A DNA stretch of 64,000 nt. Origin: Lama guanicoe (taxonomy: Eukaryota). The translations under genes were made by a program, and so were the position numbers. Of this stretch, positions 13,216 through 26,601 are shown one piece after another; the stretch's first letter is position 1; each line of letters opens with the position of its first letter. The stretch spans positions 13,349,388 through 13,413,387 of the forward strand of contig MU057347.1 in assembly GCA_013239625.1 (NCBI GenBank), given 5' to 3'. A model generated the notes under the pieces. The model ran no database searches. It had not been told where the DNA came from and saw only the letters and a program-made list of their open reading frames with translations.

Positions 13216-14859
13216 GATGTCATTTTATGCTGAAAACAACCTGCAGGTTATGCTGTGTTCCCTTCCCCCTATTTTGTAATTGGGAAAACTGAGGCTTAGA
13301 AAGACAATATCCAAAGCAACCATTAGGGAAGTGGTAGTGGCAGGTTTTAAACCATGTCTACTAGACTCTGAACCCCCCTCCTTTTTTTTTAAAGAAAGAA
13401 AAAAGAAAAACACTGAAGATCTTTCTTATCCCAGCATCTGGGGTCTGGGTTATGGTTTTTAAAATATGCCCTCACTTGAACCATCTCTCCGACGTGACCT
13501 GACTCCTCCCTACAAGCTCTGGGTTGGGTACCCTCTTCCTAACAGGTCAACGAAGTTCCCATGAGCTTTGCCAAAGCAGGAATTCTGGAAGCTGTTTATA
13601 ACGTCCTGCCCATCTGAGAACAATGCCTCTAAGGGAGGTGGGAACTTGACTCTGGTCCCTCCAGGGGAGGAGGTGATGGGGAGAAACGTGAGGCAATGTC
13701 CTTCCTGCCTGAGTGATTCCCGATATTTGCCGAGGGCATGAGGAGCTGAGGAATGGACTGTCAGTCTTAACGGTGATGAATGGCATCAGTCCATCCTCCT
13801 GCAGAGAGCAGTGTACTGAATTAAAAACTAGGAGCACAGGAGATGTTAGGCAAGGACAGTGTCTACAGGTTCTGCTGAACCACAAACCGGCCCCCTCGCC
13901 CCCGAGGCTGGAAGGATGGAGAGCGGGAAGGGTGGTCTCTGAGAGCTTGGCCGAGGTGGCTGGGGTTGCTGAAAGAAGCTAGATGTGTTAGTCTGGATGC
14001 TGGGATTGGGTACCACTCTGGCTAATGTCAGACTGATAGCTCCATGAGTGGTCATTCTTAACAACAGCCAGATCTGTTGGTTAATGCCCAATATACATTT
14101 AGAAAGAGGCATCTGGGTGGCTTAACAATAGTTCTTTTTCATGTAGCAGTTTAGTCTCACTAGAGATTTCTATTGAGGTAAAATGGATGTGTGGGTAGTT
14201 GAGAGACCTACTTTCTAATTCTGGCTGGGCATCCTTAGGCAAGCGTCTTCACATCTCTGATCTTTTCCATGAAATAACCACCTAGGGTCTGTTGCTGCAG
14301 GAATGGAAGTCTCATGCTGAGAGACTAGAGCTACTAGATCCTCGAATCACCACTTGGAAGAGAGCTGTGCTGGGTTATTACTAGGTCCTTAGTGGAAATT
14401 ACAAGTCAGAAATAAACTTGGACATATAAAGTCATGAGATTGTGTGCCTGTATGCTACTGCAGCATAATCTAGGGTATTCTGACTAATTTGTCTGGTTGA
14501 GTTGGAGCGCAGGCTCTATCCTCTGGTTTTAGCCAATCTAGTCCTTGCAGACAAAGATAAATGGCTTACAAAGATCCTTGCAAAGAAAAACAGCTTGGAG
14601 ACAGTATTAATAATGCAAGCCCAGGCGAGCGTCAAGACAATAGCTAAACTGACACTTCTGGTATGAGTCCTTCAACAGTAACAACGTGAGGTTAAAACCA
14701 ATGATGATCTTGTAAGATCATCATCATCAGGGAGGCTCTGTAATAAAGATTTTCATCCACTCTCTTTTACAGTAAACACTGTCTTCATTCACTCATCACA
14801 CAGGGGAAGAAGGCAGCATAAGTGAGTAAAGCGATGAATGAATGAACTAGACAGAGGCA

Positions 14860-15070
14860 CTAGAATGTATTAGTTAAGAACCTAGACCTGCATTTTAATC
14901 CCAGCTTCTTGATTTTCCAGCTGTAAGACCCTGGGCATGTTAGTTAACCTGTCTGAGTTTCAATTTCCTCATCTCTGCAATGGAGACATCCATGGTTCCT
15001 GCTTCACTGAGGATTCACTGAGATTTTGGCTGGCCTGGCACACAGCTAGGGCTCAGTGAATGTTAGCTGC
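14860..15070 (+). mobile_element. MIR SINE
   Basis: aatcccagct...ctgggcatgttagttaacctgtctgagtttcaatttcctcatct. Confidence 0.75.
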
Positions 15071-15344
15071 ACATTTGTTTTAAACCTGAGAGGAAGACTT
15101 CAGCTCGATATAAGATTATTCTAAGGTGGGAGCTGTTACAATTAGCTATTATTATTATTCATTGAAGGGAGGCCAAAGGAAAGGATGGAGTCAGTGAGAC
15201 CCTGCATTTGGACAGGGTTCCCTCTGTATCCCTTACACAGCTGTATAAACTTACATAGGGAACTTCCTCTCTGATTCTCAGTTTCCTCATCTATAAGGGA
15301 ATAATTGTACCTACATGGTCAGGTTTTTATTAAGATTGACCTCA

Positions 15345-15820
15345 TTCTTTCATTCATTTATTCATGTACCAGGTACCCTTTTAGGCCATGGAAATAGAGC
15401 AGTGAACAAGTCAGGCAAAAACCCCAGCTTGTGTAGAGCCTAGCATCTTGTAGAGGGAAGGGATACACAGCGAACAGTAACAAGGCAACTGGATAATTTC
15501 GGGTGGTGATAATTGCTATGAAAAGGTGAAGTGGGCCAGTGGGAAAGAGAACGACTGTGAGATGGATTTACTTTAGCTGAAGTGGTCAGGGAGGGGCTCT
15601 TGGTGGAAATGACATTGGAGTTGAGACCTGAATAGTAAGGAGGAGCTGCCATGTGACCATCAGTGGGAAAGGCATTCCAGGAAGAGGCAACAGTAAGTGC
15701 AAAGGCCCTGGGGTGGGAACATTTGGACCAGTGTGGTTAAAGTAGGGTGAGTGAAAGGCAGAGTAAGAGGAAATGAGGTGAGAGAGGTAATGGTGGATGT
15801 TAGAGGGCTTCCAGGCAACA
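15345..15820 (-). mobile_element. L2 LINE 3' fragment
   Basis: cattcatttattc...gtggtcagggagggg...ttgagacctgaa...aagtgcaaaggccctgggg. Confidence 0.85.
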
Positions 15821-15967
15821 CACACTAAGTGTAGAGCATGCTATGATTATTATTACTATTATTAGCAGCAGTCTTCCTCTGACTCCCTTCTTGATGCCCC
15901 ACTAAGGACCTGCTCTGGAAAATAAAGATGGTCATCCCTGTGTCCCCGAAGAACCCCCTAGATATTC

Positions 15968-16222
15968 AACCAAGAATCCTATCAGGTCTATTTAGCCTGA
16001 ATCCCCGGCATCCCTGATGTTTCCTCTTAATAATTTTCCATCCACTGACCCCCACCCTGCTCCTTTGCTGTAAACTCCCACTTGCTCATGCTGTATTTGG
16101 AGTTGAGCCCAATCTCTCTCTCTGACTGTAAAATTCCACTGCAGTGGTCCCCATGCTTGTTGATGGTCCTGACGAAAGCCTGCCTTACCATCTTAACATG
16201 TGTCATCATTTTTTTTTTAACA
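15968..16222 (+). mobile_element. MER31-like ERV1 LTR (3' part)
   Basis: aagaatcct...tttccatccactgacccccaccctgctcct...ggagttgagcccaatctctct...tttaaca. Confidence 0.75.
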
Positions 16223-16289
16223 TCTTCCTTCTCTGGACTCCAGTAGCTTCTCATTTTCCTGTTATAAAAGGGAGTCAACAGAGCCCGCA

Positions 16290-17110
16290 GCGCCTTCTCA
16301 TCTGGGGCTCCTTGGGCCTGGAGAGCCCTTTCCCCACTCCCTCTCTCTCTCACACGGCTTGCTTTCTCACTTCTTTTAGGACTCAGCAGAAATGTCACCT
16401 CCTCAAAATACCCTTTTCAACTTTTCCCAGACTGAATTAAATGCCCTTCTGATGTGCTACTCAACTCTTTTATTGCCCCTGTCCTAGCAGTCTTTTTAAG
16501 GTAGAAACTAGGTCTTGTCACTCCTTTTCTTTCAATAGGAAGCCCTCCAATGGCTTCCTATTGCATTCAAAGTGAGATCCAGCCTCTTGGCGCTTACAAG
16601 GCCCTGTCTGATCTCACCCGTGTTGGCCTCAGATCTCTTCTCCTCTGCTCTCCCCAACACAATCACTCTCCTCTAGCAACACTGGCCATTTATCTGCTCT
16701 TCAACATGCCAAGATCATTCCTGCCTCAGGACCTTTGCACTTGCTGTTTTCCCTCTTCCTGCAATGCCCTCCGTCTAGATTTCTCTATGGCTGGCTCTTT
16801 CTTATCCTTCACATTTCTTCCTTAGAGAGGCTGTCCCTGACAACCCAATTCAAAATAAACTCCCCACTCAATCTCACCACACTGTTTTACGTCATTGGTG
16901 ATTTGCCACCATCTGCAGTCATCTTGTTCATTCATTTGCTCACTCATTTATTTTCTGCTTCCCCACCTCCCCAGGTTGGCACTATGAAGGCAGTGACCAT
17001 GTCTATCTTGCAAGCCTGGATCCCCACTGCCCAGCACAGAGCCTGGTATGGAGTTGGCACTCAGCAAATACTGGTGCAGTAAATGAATGAATGAATGAAC
17101 GAATGAACAG
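16290..17110 (+). mobile_element. L2 LINE fragments with (ATGA)n tail
   Basis: ccctccaatggcttcct...cctcaggacctttgcacttgctg...gcactcagcaaata...atgaatgaatgaatgaac. Confidence 0.85.
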
Positions 17111-18059
17111 ATATATGAATGCTCAATTCATATTGAATTATATGAGTGGATGGTTGTTGGGTTGGATGGATGAGTGGGTTTAGAAGCTATGGCTCCAACT
17201 AGACACCCTAATGCAACAAAGTTTATTGAGTGTTCACCTTGTGTGAGGCACCATGGGGAAACACAAGCTTGAATTAGCAGCTGAAGTCTAATGATAATGA
17301 CGTAAGAGTAACAGCTAGTATTCACTGATGACTCACTGTGCCAGGCACTGTGCCAACTGCTTTACATGGGCGGTCTCACTTACTCCTTGTGTCAACTCTA
17401 CTCTCATCATCCCTGTTTTGTGGTTGGGAAAACCAAAGCACACAGAGGTGAGGCTTCACGGAGCAGGAATCACTGGGGCTGGGCTTTGAGGGCCGAGATG
17501 GATTCCATCAGGCAGAGGTGGGGGCAGGAGGTGTTCTAGGTGGAGGTAACCTCATGTGCAAAGGCTTGGAGGTAGAGAACGACAGTCAACCCAGTTTGGC
17601 TGGGGCGGGCGCCCATGGAGAGAGAAGGCTGGCAAGAGTGAAAGCCACTGCCTGCTGAGTGCCTACTGCATGCCATTTATTCACTCAAGGCCTTTACTCA
17701 CAACCACCCCAGAAGGTATGTCTTATCACCTCCACTTTTCAGAGGACCAATCTGAGACTTGGAGCAGCTAAATAATTTGTCCAGAGTCACACAGCAGAAT
17801 TAGGATTGAACTCAGGTCTGCCTAACTCTGGGGTGGGCACACTGGGTCAGAAGGGTATTCAGGGGTCCACGAGGGAGAAGATAAAGGGCAAGCTGTTAAT
17901 TGAGCATTCACTAAGGTCCAGGCACAGCATATTATCTCATTTAATTCTCACAAGTTCCCAGGAGGCAGGTGTTTTTGTAGTTTTTATAGTTACTGATGTT
18001 TTGGACTGTTTAGTATTTTGGGGGGTGGTGAGGGTAGAGAATCAGTTCTCCTCGACTCC

Positions 18060-18500
18060 TGTGTATTGAGTGAAGCTGACCCTGTTCCCCAGTCCCAGGG
18101 GTAAGAATGAGACTCAAGCTTACCAGTTAGGGTAATCTATCCCACTGGACACACAGTGATTGGTTTAGCAGTGTGGGCATGACTCAAACTGGCCAATCAA
18201 GCTTCGTCCTGGGACTTTTTCTGGAATTACTGGGAAAGAGGTACTCTCTTTCATCAGAGACTGCCGAGTTGACAGGATGTCAACCCATTGGGGGCGAAGA
18301 ATAATCTTTGGCTCCCCAGAAAGAATCTGCCCAATGGAGAGGGACTCCATACCAAGAGATGAATGCAGGTTTCTGATGACACTACATGAGCACCTGGATA
18401 CAGCCATTTCTGAAGCCATTATCTCTGGACTTTCCAGTAATATAGACCAATTAGTCCTCTTTTTCGATTTGGGTTTCTGACCCTTGCACATAAAAATTGA
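18060..18500. mobile_element. MLT1K/L-like MaLR LTR
   Basis: cagtgattggttt...ggccaatca...ctgggact...ctggactttccagt...tgggtttctg. Confidence 0.65.
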
Positions 18501-20029
18501 CGAAATTCTTATCTTCATTTAATAGGCAAGGTAATTAAGATTCATAGAGGGTAAGTGACTTGCCCAGGATCAACCAGCTAGAAAGTTGCTGAACCACACT
18601 GAGATATAACACAGAAGGTGCCTGGCATATTTAAGAGGACCTCAGTAAATGCCAGTTCCCTTCCCCCACAAACCAAGGAATGGCAGAGTAGAGGACTGGA
18701 AGAGATACACCATGTGGAACTCCAAGCTGCTGGTCAGATTCCAGATTCCATCTGGAAACCTCCAAGCTGTGTTGGGGTCTGGCAGGAGTGGGAATCAAGG
18801 CTTAGGAGTTGGCATACAAAGTGAACCAGCTGCCAGGATGTAAGTGTTTAAACAAAACTCCTGAGGATCCCACTCCCTCCAGAATTGCCATCTGAGGGTC
18901 CTGGCTGCAGCCCAAGGTTTCCAGGGAAGGGCCCGAGGTCCTAGCACTTGAAAACTTACACTTAGCAGGAGCACGTCTAGATAATGGTTTCAGTATTGCC
19001 AGCATTCTGCGGTCATTTGAACTTTTCAGAATTCCTTTACACTGGAGCTGGACAGAGAATAAAAGGTTTAGCATGCAAACACTGACCCCGGACACAGCTG
19101 GATTGTAATCTTGGCTCCCGCCAGCTGGGTGACCTCTCTGAGCCTTGGTTTCCCATTGTCAGAAATGGACAAGACTGGAGGAAGGAATCAAAGAGGTAGA
19201 AGTTCAGAGTCTGGAATCTCTTTAGCTTTCAGGCCATGCAAGTGAGTTCTACATGCAGACTGAGCCCTGGCACGGACAACCCTGTCATTGCTCTGAGCCT
19301 GAGTTTCCTCATCTGTAACATGGCGATCAGACCAGTCTCCACCGCACAGTTGTTCGTGAGGCCGGGATGAAATTGTGGTTCGAACACATGGCCCCCAAAC
19401 TGCCACTTGGTGCCAATGAAGGGTTAGTGGCTGTGACAAGTGTGAACTGAGGCCCCTCTCCAACTGGAGACAGGCCTACCTACAGACAGGTGGTTTTGGC
19501 CCACAAAGTGAATTATTTACTAACACTGATTTCCCCTACAAATCCAGAATTCCAGCTTCTCAAAGAAAGAATCTGAAGCTCTGGCTACTCCAGGCCCACG
19601 TTCCTCTGTGAACCCTGGGCTGGGGCTGAGGGCCAGCTAGTCCAGGCCTGTGCTTTTAAAGTCTTACAAGCAGCCCATGCAAGTTGTTTATAAGGCCTGC
19701 TTGGCCTCTGCAGGGATCTCAGTTTCTGAGCCTAGGAATAAATCATTAGAAGCGTGGCCAGCGATGAAGGAAAGGATTAAACAGTGCCAGGGAAACAGCC
19801 ATGGGCTCCTTAAGGAATGCTGGGCCTGCAGCTGGGTCTGTGGAGTGCTCTGAGCCAGGGGTGCAGGGCTGGAATCCCCACCTGCTCTAGCCCCTCACCC
19901 ATATGTACTGCGGCCTGCTCTTCCTGGTCTGCAGGAAAGCCATGCTGTTGCTTCCTTAGGGCCCCTAATGCATTTTCTCTCACTTCCAGAACTCTCTGAA
20001 GTCCACTCCCATTCTCCACTACCCACTTG

Positions 20030-20750
20030 GTGAATAAAACAAAGTGATGGGATTAAAGCAAATAGAGGGGTAGGAGAGGAGTGACTACTCAAATGGCCAG
20101 GGAGGGCCTCTCTGAGGAGCTGACATTCGAGTGGAGATCTGGGGGATGTGAAGGAGATGGGCATGGGGACATTCGGGGATAAGGTGTTCAAGGAAGAGAT
20201 AACAGCAAGTGCAAAGGCCCTGAGGTGGAGAAGAGATTGTAGGAGGAAGAGAAAGGAGAGCTATGTACCAGGAGCTGGGAGGAAGGAGTAGGTGTCAGGG
20301 ATGAGGGCCAAGAGAGAAGTGAAGAAAGCCTTAAGGACCTGATTGGTTGTTTTTATTCTGAGAACCTCACAAGTCACAGGGGGATTCTCAGCAGGCTAAT
20401 GACATGGTCTGATGTAGGTTTTAAGATCCTCCAGCTGCATTTGGTAACAGCCTGTAGGGATATTGGAATAGAAACAGGAATCTAAGTGAGGAGGCCTGGC
20501 AGGTGTCCAGGTAAGAGATGGAGGTGGCTGCTGAGAATACAAGACAGATTTAAGGCATATTTTGGAGGTGAAATGAACCAAATTGCTGACGATTCAGACA
20601 TGTGAGGTGAGGGAAAAAAAGAGTCAAGGAGGAATCCCAGCTTTTGTCCTGAGCAACCAGGGGGATGGTGGTGGCATTTCCTGAGCCGGGGAGGACTGGG
20701 AGGAACACACTGGAGCAGAACAGAGGAGCACCTGGGGCCAGATCACAATG
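20030..20750 (-). mobile_element. L2 LINE fragment
   Basis: ggagggcctctctgaggag...aacagcaagtgcaaaggccctgagg...gagtcaagga. Confidence 0.85.
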
Positions 20751-21839
20751 GGCTGTGACCACTGGCTGAGGGTCTGGAGGAGACCCTGCAGGCAAAGGGG
20801 AGCTATGGAAGGAAGGCTTCTGAGCAACAGCAGAATATTCATCCAGTCATTCAACAAACATTTGTAGGAAGAGGTGGCCCACGTTCTGCTCTCTCCCAGA
20901 CAATGAAGGTCCCCTCAACCAGCAACGGGTTACGAGGCACATATCACCTTCCTGGGACCAGAGTGTGGACAAGGACATCTCACCTGCTGGCCCATGGGTT
21001 CCCTTCCCCTCCTCCATCTCCTGCTTTAGGAGCTGAAGTACATTTAAAAATCTTTATTTACTCACTGATCGCCTGTCCTCCCCTCTAAAAGCCTCATGAA
21101 CGTAGAGACCATCTTCGTCACTTCTGTGTCCCCAGGGCCTAGACCTGTGCCTGGCACATAGTAGATGCTCCATAACAACTGACTGAGGAACAAAGTTTTA
21201 AAAAAAGCTCCAGTCTGCCATCTTGAAGGAGCCCGTGGGAGACTAGCAAGCACCGGGACAGCAGTGGGACACCGCAGACATTCAATACACAGCAATGGAA
21301 CCGCGCAGAAAACACAGGCACACTGTCTGCAGCCCTGGCCCGTTGCTGGTGGGTTTTGTGGCTTTCCCCGGACACGATGGGCCTGAGGGGTGGGGACAGA
21401 GAGTCGGCCTGTCACCCACCCTCCTGAGCCCCTGTCTCAGGCCTGGACAGGGTAGGTAGGCGTGGTGTCTGCTCTGATCCCAGCTAAGCAGCGGGACGTA
21501 TAAGGATGTGTAATCCGAGACCTGAGCGTCCTGTCCTTCCGGCTTTAGCCTGACCTTGGCTGGGATGACCCAAGTCAGGATGGTTCCCCAAGGGCCCCCC
21601 AGAGCTGAGACCCTCCACAAAGCCAGGGACAGAGACCAAAGGCAGCCCTTCGGCACTCAGGAGCAGACAGAGACTGAGGGCACAGGGTGGCAGGCTCACC
21701 TAGGCCTCCCCTGCCCTCCACCCCTGCCAAAGTGGAGAGTGCATCCCTGCTCCCCTCCCCTACCCCTGCATCTCTGTCCCGGAGTTCTCCCTGATGGGGA
21801 AATGCTGCACAAAAATATTGTGTCAGGGAAGAAAAGAGG

Positions 21840-22190
21840 CATTCATTCATTCACTCATTCATTCATTCAGCAAACATTTATGGAACCTAAACTACATGCC
21901 AGGCCTTTTTCTAGATTCTCAGGACATCGCAGTGACCAACACAGACCTTGTCTTCACATTGCTGACATTTGGGTGGGGGGAGCAGATATTAAATGAGTGA
22001 ACATAAATGAACAAGGTCACTTCAGATGCTACAAAGACAAGAAAATGGGCTGATGGGATAGAGAGTGGGTGTGGGGAGGGCATCGTTAGCGGTGGTGGTC
22101 AGGGAGGGCTTCTCTGAGGAGGTGACATCAGAGCTGAGAACTGAACGAGAAGAATCCAACTGTATGAAGAGCTGGGAGACGAGTGTCCAG
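21840..22190 (-). mobile_element. L2 3' end with (ATTC)n tail
   Basis: attcattcattcagcaaacattta...gtggtcagggagggcttctctgaggaggtgac. Confidence 0.85.
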
Positions 22191-22239
22191 TCAGAGGGAA
22201 GGGATTTTTATCCTCATAAGTCATATAAATTGGCATGAT

Positions 22240-22440
22240 TACCTCCATTTGTTGAGTACTTACTATGTACGAGGTCCTGCTAAAAGCAATAAGCTGTTTA
22301 ACACTCAAAACAATCCATTATTGCCATCCCATTTTATGGATGAGGAAACTGAGCCACAGAGAAGTTAAGTACTTTGCCCAAGGCCACACAGCTAGCAAGC
22401 AGCAGAGTGGGGATTTGAACCCAGGCTGCTCTATCCCCCA
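22240..22440 (-). mobile_element. MIR SINE
   Basis: cccattttatggatgaggaaactgag...ccaaggccacacagctag...ggatttgaacccaggc. Confidence 0.9.
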
Positions 22441-22599
22441 ATTTATAAGTTGTTCCCTATTCTCAGAGCACAAGGAGGAGAAAAACTAATTGTTGAGCAC
22501 CTGCCAAGCACCAGGCCCTTTGACTTCTGTCACCTTTACCTGGTCCTGCTTCTGAAGGCCATGTGCATCTCTTTCCTCTTCTCCTGTTACCATCTTGCC

Positions 22600-23045
22600 C
22601 ACCTCCAGCTCCAGGAGTGGCCATGTGACCTAGGCTGTCCAATAAGCATCTTCTAACCCTTCCAGACACAGTCATTGGCTGAGGGATGGGCATGTGACAC
22701 AAGATGGGCCAATGAGAGAAAGTCCTGGGACTTTGGATATAATCCTGGGACTGGAGAGGAGGTTCTCTTTCCAAGGGGAATGTCTAGCTGGGAGATTGGA
22801 AGCCTGGAAGCCCAGAGAGCTTGCCTGACAATGAAGCTCCCCCAGAGGAAGGCAGAGACCAAAGATGGAGAGAGACTAAGTTGCAGTGACAAGTCCTGAC
22901 AATATGGTTTGAGGGCCTGTGTATCTGGGCCAGAAGCCAGAGCTACTTCTGGACTTTCCAGTTGCTTGAGCCAATAAATCATCCCTCCCTTTCTTTTCTA
23001 GCTTGAGCCAGTTTGAATTGGATTTCTGTCACTTGCAGCTGAAAT
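22600..23045. mobile_element. MLT1K/L-like MaLR LTR
   Basis: gggatgggcatgtgac...gagccaataaa...gccagtttgaattggatttctgtcacttgca. Confidence 0.75.
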
Positions 23046-23109
23046 CAGAACATTTCCCCCCACCCCTCTGTCCTGGAATGTCTTCCCTTCTCATCTTTCC
23101 TGCTACCAA

Positions 23110-23290
23110 CAGGATTATTCTTACCACCACCAGGAATATAACCATCACTGCCATCACCAATACAATGACTACTTTCGTTAACACTTCTATCACTACTGCC
23201 AGTAACAACACCATCATCACCACCACCAACATAATGACCACTGGGGCCATTATTGCTCCTATGACTGGTGCTGGAACTACTGCTATGATC
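23110..23290 (+). repeat. Degenerate (CAC/CAT)n low-complexity tract
   Basis: accaccacc/atcaccacc runs; the source of the Thr/Ile-rich and Val-rich spurious ORFs. Confidence 0.8.
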
Positions 23291-23777
23291 TCTATTAATG
23301 TCACACTCTCCATTTGTAAACCTCTCCCCAGTATACAAAGTTCACAATCCATTGCAGGGGCGAGGAAACTGAGGTTTGCAAAGGTGATGGCGTCTGCCTA
23401 CAGCCATAGGCAAGGCTATTCCAACCTCCATTCATTCATTCACTCACCCTCCCATTCATTTATTGATGAAACGTCACTGACTGCCTTCCGTGTGAGGATG
23501 GGCTCCATTAGAGCTGGGATGCAGCAGTGAACACAGACCTGGTTCCTGCCTCAATGAGCAGCCAGTCAGGGGGACATTCCAAGAAGCCTCCTCACAGCCC
23601 ACATAGGAAGCCTGGCCAGGATCGTCCTCTTCTACTCAGGGTTCTGAGACCACAGGGGAGGAGCCCGGTTTGCGGGCAGGATTGAAGGACTGCTGTGGAT
23701 TTCCCCTCTTACCTGAGCTGCCTTGGACAACAGACTCAGCCTCTGAACATTTCTCCCTGACCAGGCAGTGAATTCTT

Positions 23778-23802
23778 TGTGTGTGTGTGTGTGTGTGTGT
23801 GT
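23778..23802 (+). repeat. (TG)12 microsatellite
   Basis: Read directly. Confidence 0.97.
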
Positions 23803-23937
23803 ATATGGAGGGTGTGGGGTGAGGTGGTGAGGGAGCCTGACTTTACTCCTCTGCACAGTGCCTAGCATGGGGCAAGGCACACAATAGGGGCTCAATAAGT
23901 GCTTATTAATGGATTATTGTTCAGAAGCAGAACTAGG

Positions 23938-24440
23938 CTTCCTTCCTTCCATCCATCCTTCCATCCATACACCCAACTTTCTATCCACTCATTTATCTAA
24001 CATAACCCAATTCCTTCCTTTCACCTATCCTCCATTCTTGTATCCATCCATCCATCCATCCACCCAGCCACTTATCAGTCTACCCTCATCTGTCCACTCA
24101 TCTCTCCATCCACCCATGTATCCATCTATCCATCCATGTACTGTCCATCTTCCCCTTCCCTCTCTTGCCTTCCTTCCATCCATCTGTTCATCCATCCACC
24201 CAACTTTTCATCTGTTGGTTCTTTCACTTTCCTTCTTCTCTCTTCCTCCTCTCCCTTCATTCTTTCCTCCTTCCACTCATTCTCCATTGTTCAATGCATC
24301 CATCTTCTACCCACGTATCCAGCATCCAACATCCTTTTGTTTTCTACCATCCATCCATTCATCCATGCATCCTTTCCACTCATTTCCTGTATTTGTCTTT
24401 GTCTCCATCTTTCTTTTTTTAATCAATTATTTATTCATCC
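23938..24440 (+). repeat. Degenerate (TCCA)n / CT-rich array
   Basis: Repeated tccatccatcc units ending at an antisense L2-like tail. Confidence 0.85.
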
Positions 24441-25349
24441 CTCAAGCATGGCAGGCCCTGTGTCAGCTTTCAGGGGTAAGGTAACCACCACTGGATCCCT
24501 TCCTAGGAGAGATCACATTTGAACCAGACCAGTGGCTGCTCAGGACCAGGCTCCCCTCCCTGTCCCTATAGTCTGTCTCTTGAGCCCTCCAAGGGACCCC
24601 AGCTCTCATCCAGGCACTTTTTTTTTTCTTGCCTGTGTTTGGAATCTTCCCTAGGGTTCCAGCCCACAGACCAGGCAGAGATTATAAACACAGCCACTTT
24701 CTCCGGCTGTTCAGGATCTGTTCTTAACCCCTGCTTTCAGAGAACACAGACCTGGACAGGGCCAAATTGCTGCTGTGTACAAACAGAACAGCACTGCTTA
24801 AGCACCTACTGTGTACTGGCATAATGAGGGGTATAATGAAGAAGACAACCTAAAATTTCAGAGCCTGAAGGTCCCTCTCTGGTTCGACCATTTCCTTTCA
24901 CCCATTTGGGTCAGAGGCCAGGAACAGCCCGGAGAGGAGGGTGACTATCCAAGGTCGAAGGCCAGTCTGTGGCAGAACCAGGACTAGACCAGGGGTCTGA
25001 CCTGGTGCTCTGTCCCTCACCTGACTGGTTCCGGCCCCTGCTCATTTCCCTGGGCAGTTTAGAACGATTCCAGCCTCCAGGTTTTTGCTCTTGCTTTGCC
25101 TCTTCCCAACCTCTTTCCCTAGAATGTTAACATTTTCCTGACTCTTAGCAATTTGCTCTGAGCTTGCAAGATTGAACAAACAAAACCCTGATTCTCTCAG
25201 CCACTTTCTGAGGCACTCTGAATTCCTCCAGGACTTCTTATCATCCCTGACAACCCAGTCCCAATTCCTTGCTTCCTTTTAAAAGTCTTCCTTCCGGTTT
25301 CCATTGTAGTGGTCTGCCCCTCCCCCTTACCGCCAGCCAAGGGTTGAAT

Positions 25350-25625
25350 GCTCAGTGGTCACCAGGGCCCAGGCAGGAAGTGCAAACCACTGAAGCTGGC
25401 TGGATGTAACATTCCAGGAGAGAGGAAGGTGCGCGGGCCACCTCTCACCAGCTCCGGGAGGAAACAGAGGTGGCCCAAAGGTGGCCTAATTTTCCAGCTT
25501 CTCAAGAGAAACAAAAAAATCTAGTTTTTCCCCATGAAATCTTCCAAACTGTTAACGTTGGCAACTAATTAAAATATGTAAATGCAGTTCAGTTCAAACA
25601 ACACACATTAGCAGGCTAGATCTGC
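25350..25625 (-). mobile_element. MER102-like element
   Basis: ttctcaagagaaac...aaatctagtttt...atgaaatct...gttggcaactaatt (reverse of MER102). Confidence 0.6.
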
Positions 25626-26317
25626 TTCTCCCTTCACAGCCTCATCTGGTAGCTGGTTCCCTCCTTCCCCACAAACCGCCACAAGAGAGCCTGGCTCCAG
25701 GAAGCACTTACTGCTTTGAATACAAATGACATAATCATAACAGTAGCAGCCACCACAAATTGGATATCCAAACACTGAAATCACCCCAATGAGATAGTGT
25801 TGTCATTTTACAAATGAAGAAAACAAGAGGCTCAGAGAGGTTAAGGAACTTGCCCAAGGTCACACAGCTCAATGACAACCTGGATGTGGGCCCAGGTCTG
25901 GGTGATCTCCAAGACGGTAATCTAGCCCAGTGGTGGTTGCACTGTCCCCTAGGAAGCATTTTGGAAACGTGAGGGTGGGCAGGCATTTCTGATTGCCACA
26001 GTGATGGGGTGGGTGTGCTACTGGTGTTCAGTGGGTGGGAGCCAGGGATGGAAGAAGCCCTGTGATACACAGTCTTGTGTCATGACGTCTCATCCTGCCT
26101 GCAATGCCAACAGTGCTCCCAGTTTCACTCTTCCCCCACAATGGCAGCCATTATTGTGTGCCAGCTGTATGCCAGGGATTTGAGATCCATGAGGTAGGTA
26201 CTGTTAGTATTTGGGAAAACTGCAGTTTGGAGATGGGGGCGGTGGGGGGGGTGCTTGACAAAGGTTTTTTGTTTTGTTTTGTTTTCCTATTATCCTTTTT
26301 ATTCTTAGAAGTGGTAG

Positions 26318-26601
26318 CAGGGTCAAGACTAGGGTGAAAACATTTAAGGGTGCAAAATGAAGGGAGTCTCCCAAAACTCAGTAATCAAGATAAATAATAC
26401 TTCGATGCAATATTTTAGAAAGTCAAACTTAATGCAAAAAAAAAAGCATGGTGAACAAAATATCTACATCTTATATAAAGACAGGATCTGTCATGTTGAG
26501 GCATCTTGGAGTCTGAAGGAAAAGGAAAAATCAGTAACACCGATCCTGGACTTTTGTCCCCAGATAGGTGCCTTGCTTGCCACACCCTAGCCCCATCCCT
26601 G
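26318..26601 (+). mobile_element. MER96B-like hAT element inserted in a MIR
   Basis: TIRs cagggtcaagactagggtg / caccctagccccatccctg; internal aactcagtaatcaagataaataat; degenerate 8-bp TSD agtggtag/agcagcag. Confidence 0.75.

Noticed and set aside
14690-14740. ATGATGA box C motif suggesting an intronic C/D snoRNA
   Set aside because: No CTGA box D or terminal stem at a suitable distance on the sense strand.
23003-24522. Long Thr/Ile-rich and His/Pro/Ser-rich ORFs
   Set aside because: Translations of (CAC)n and (TCCA)n low-complexity DNA.
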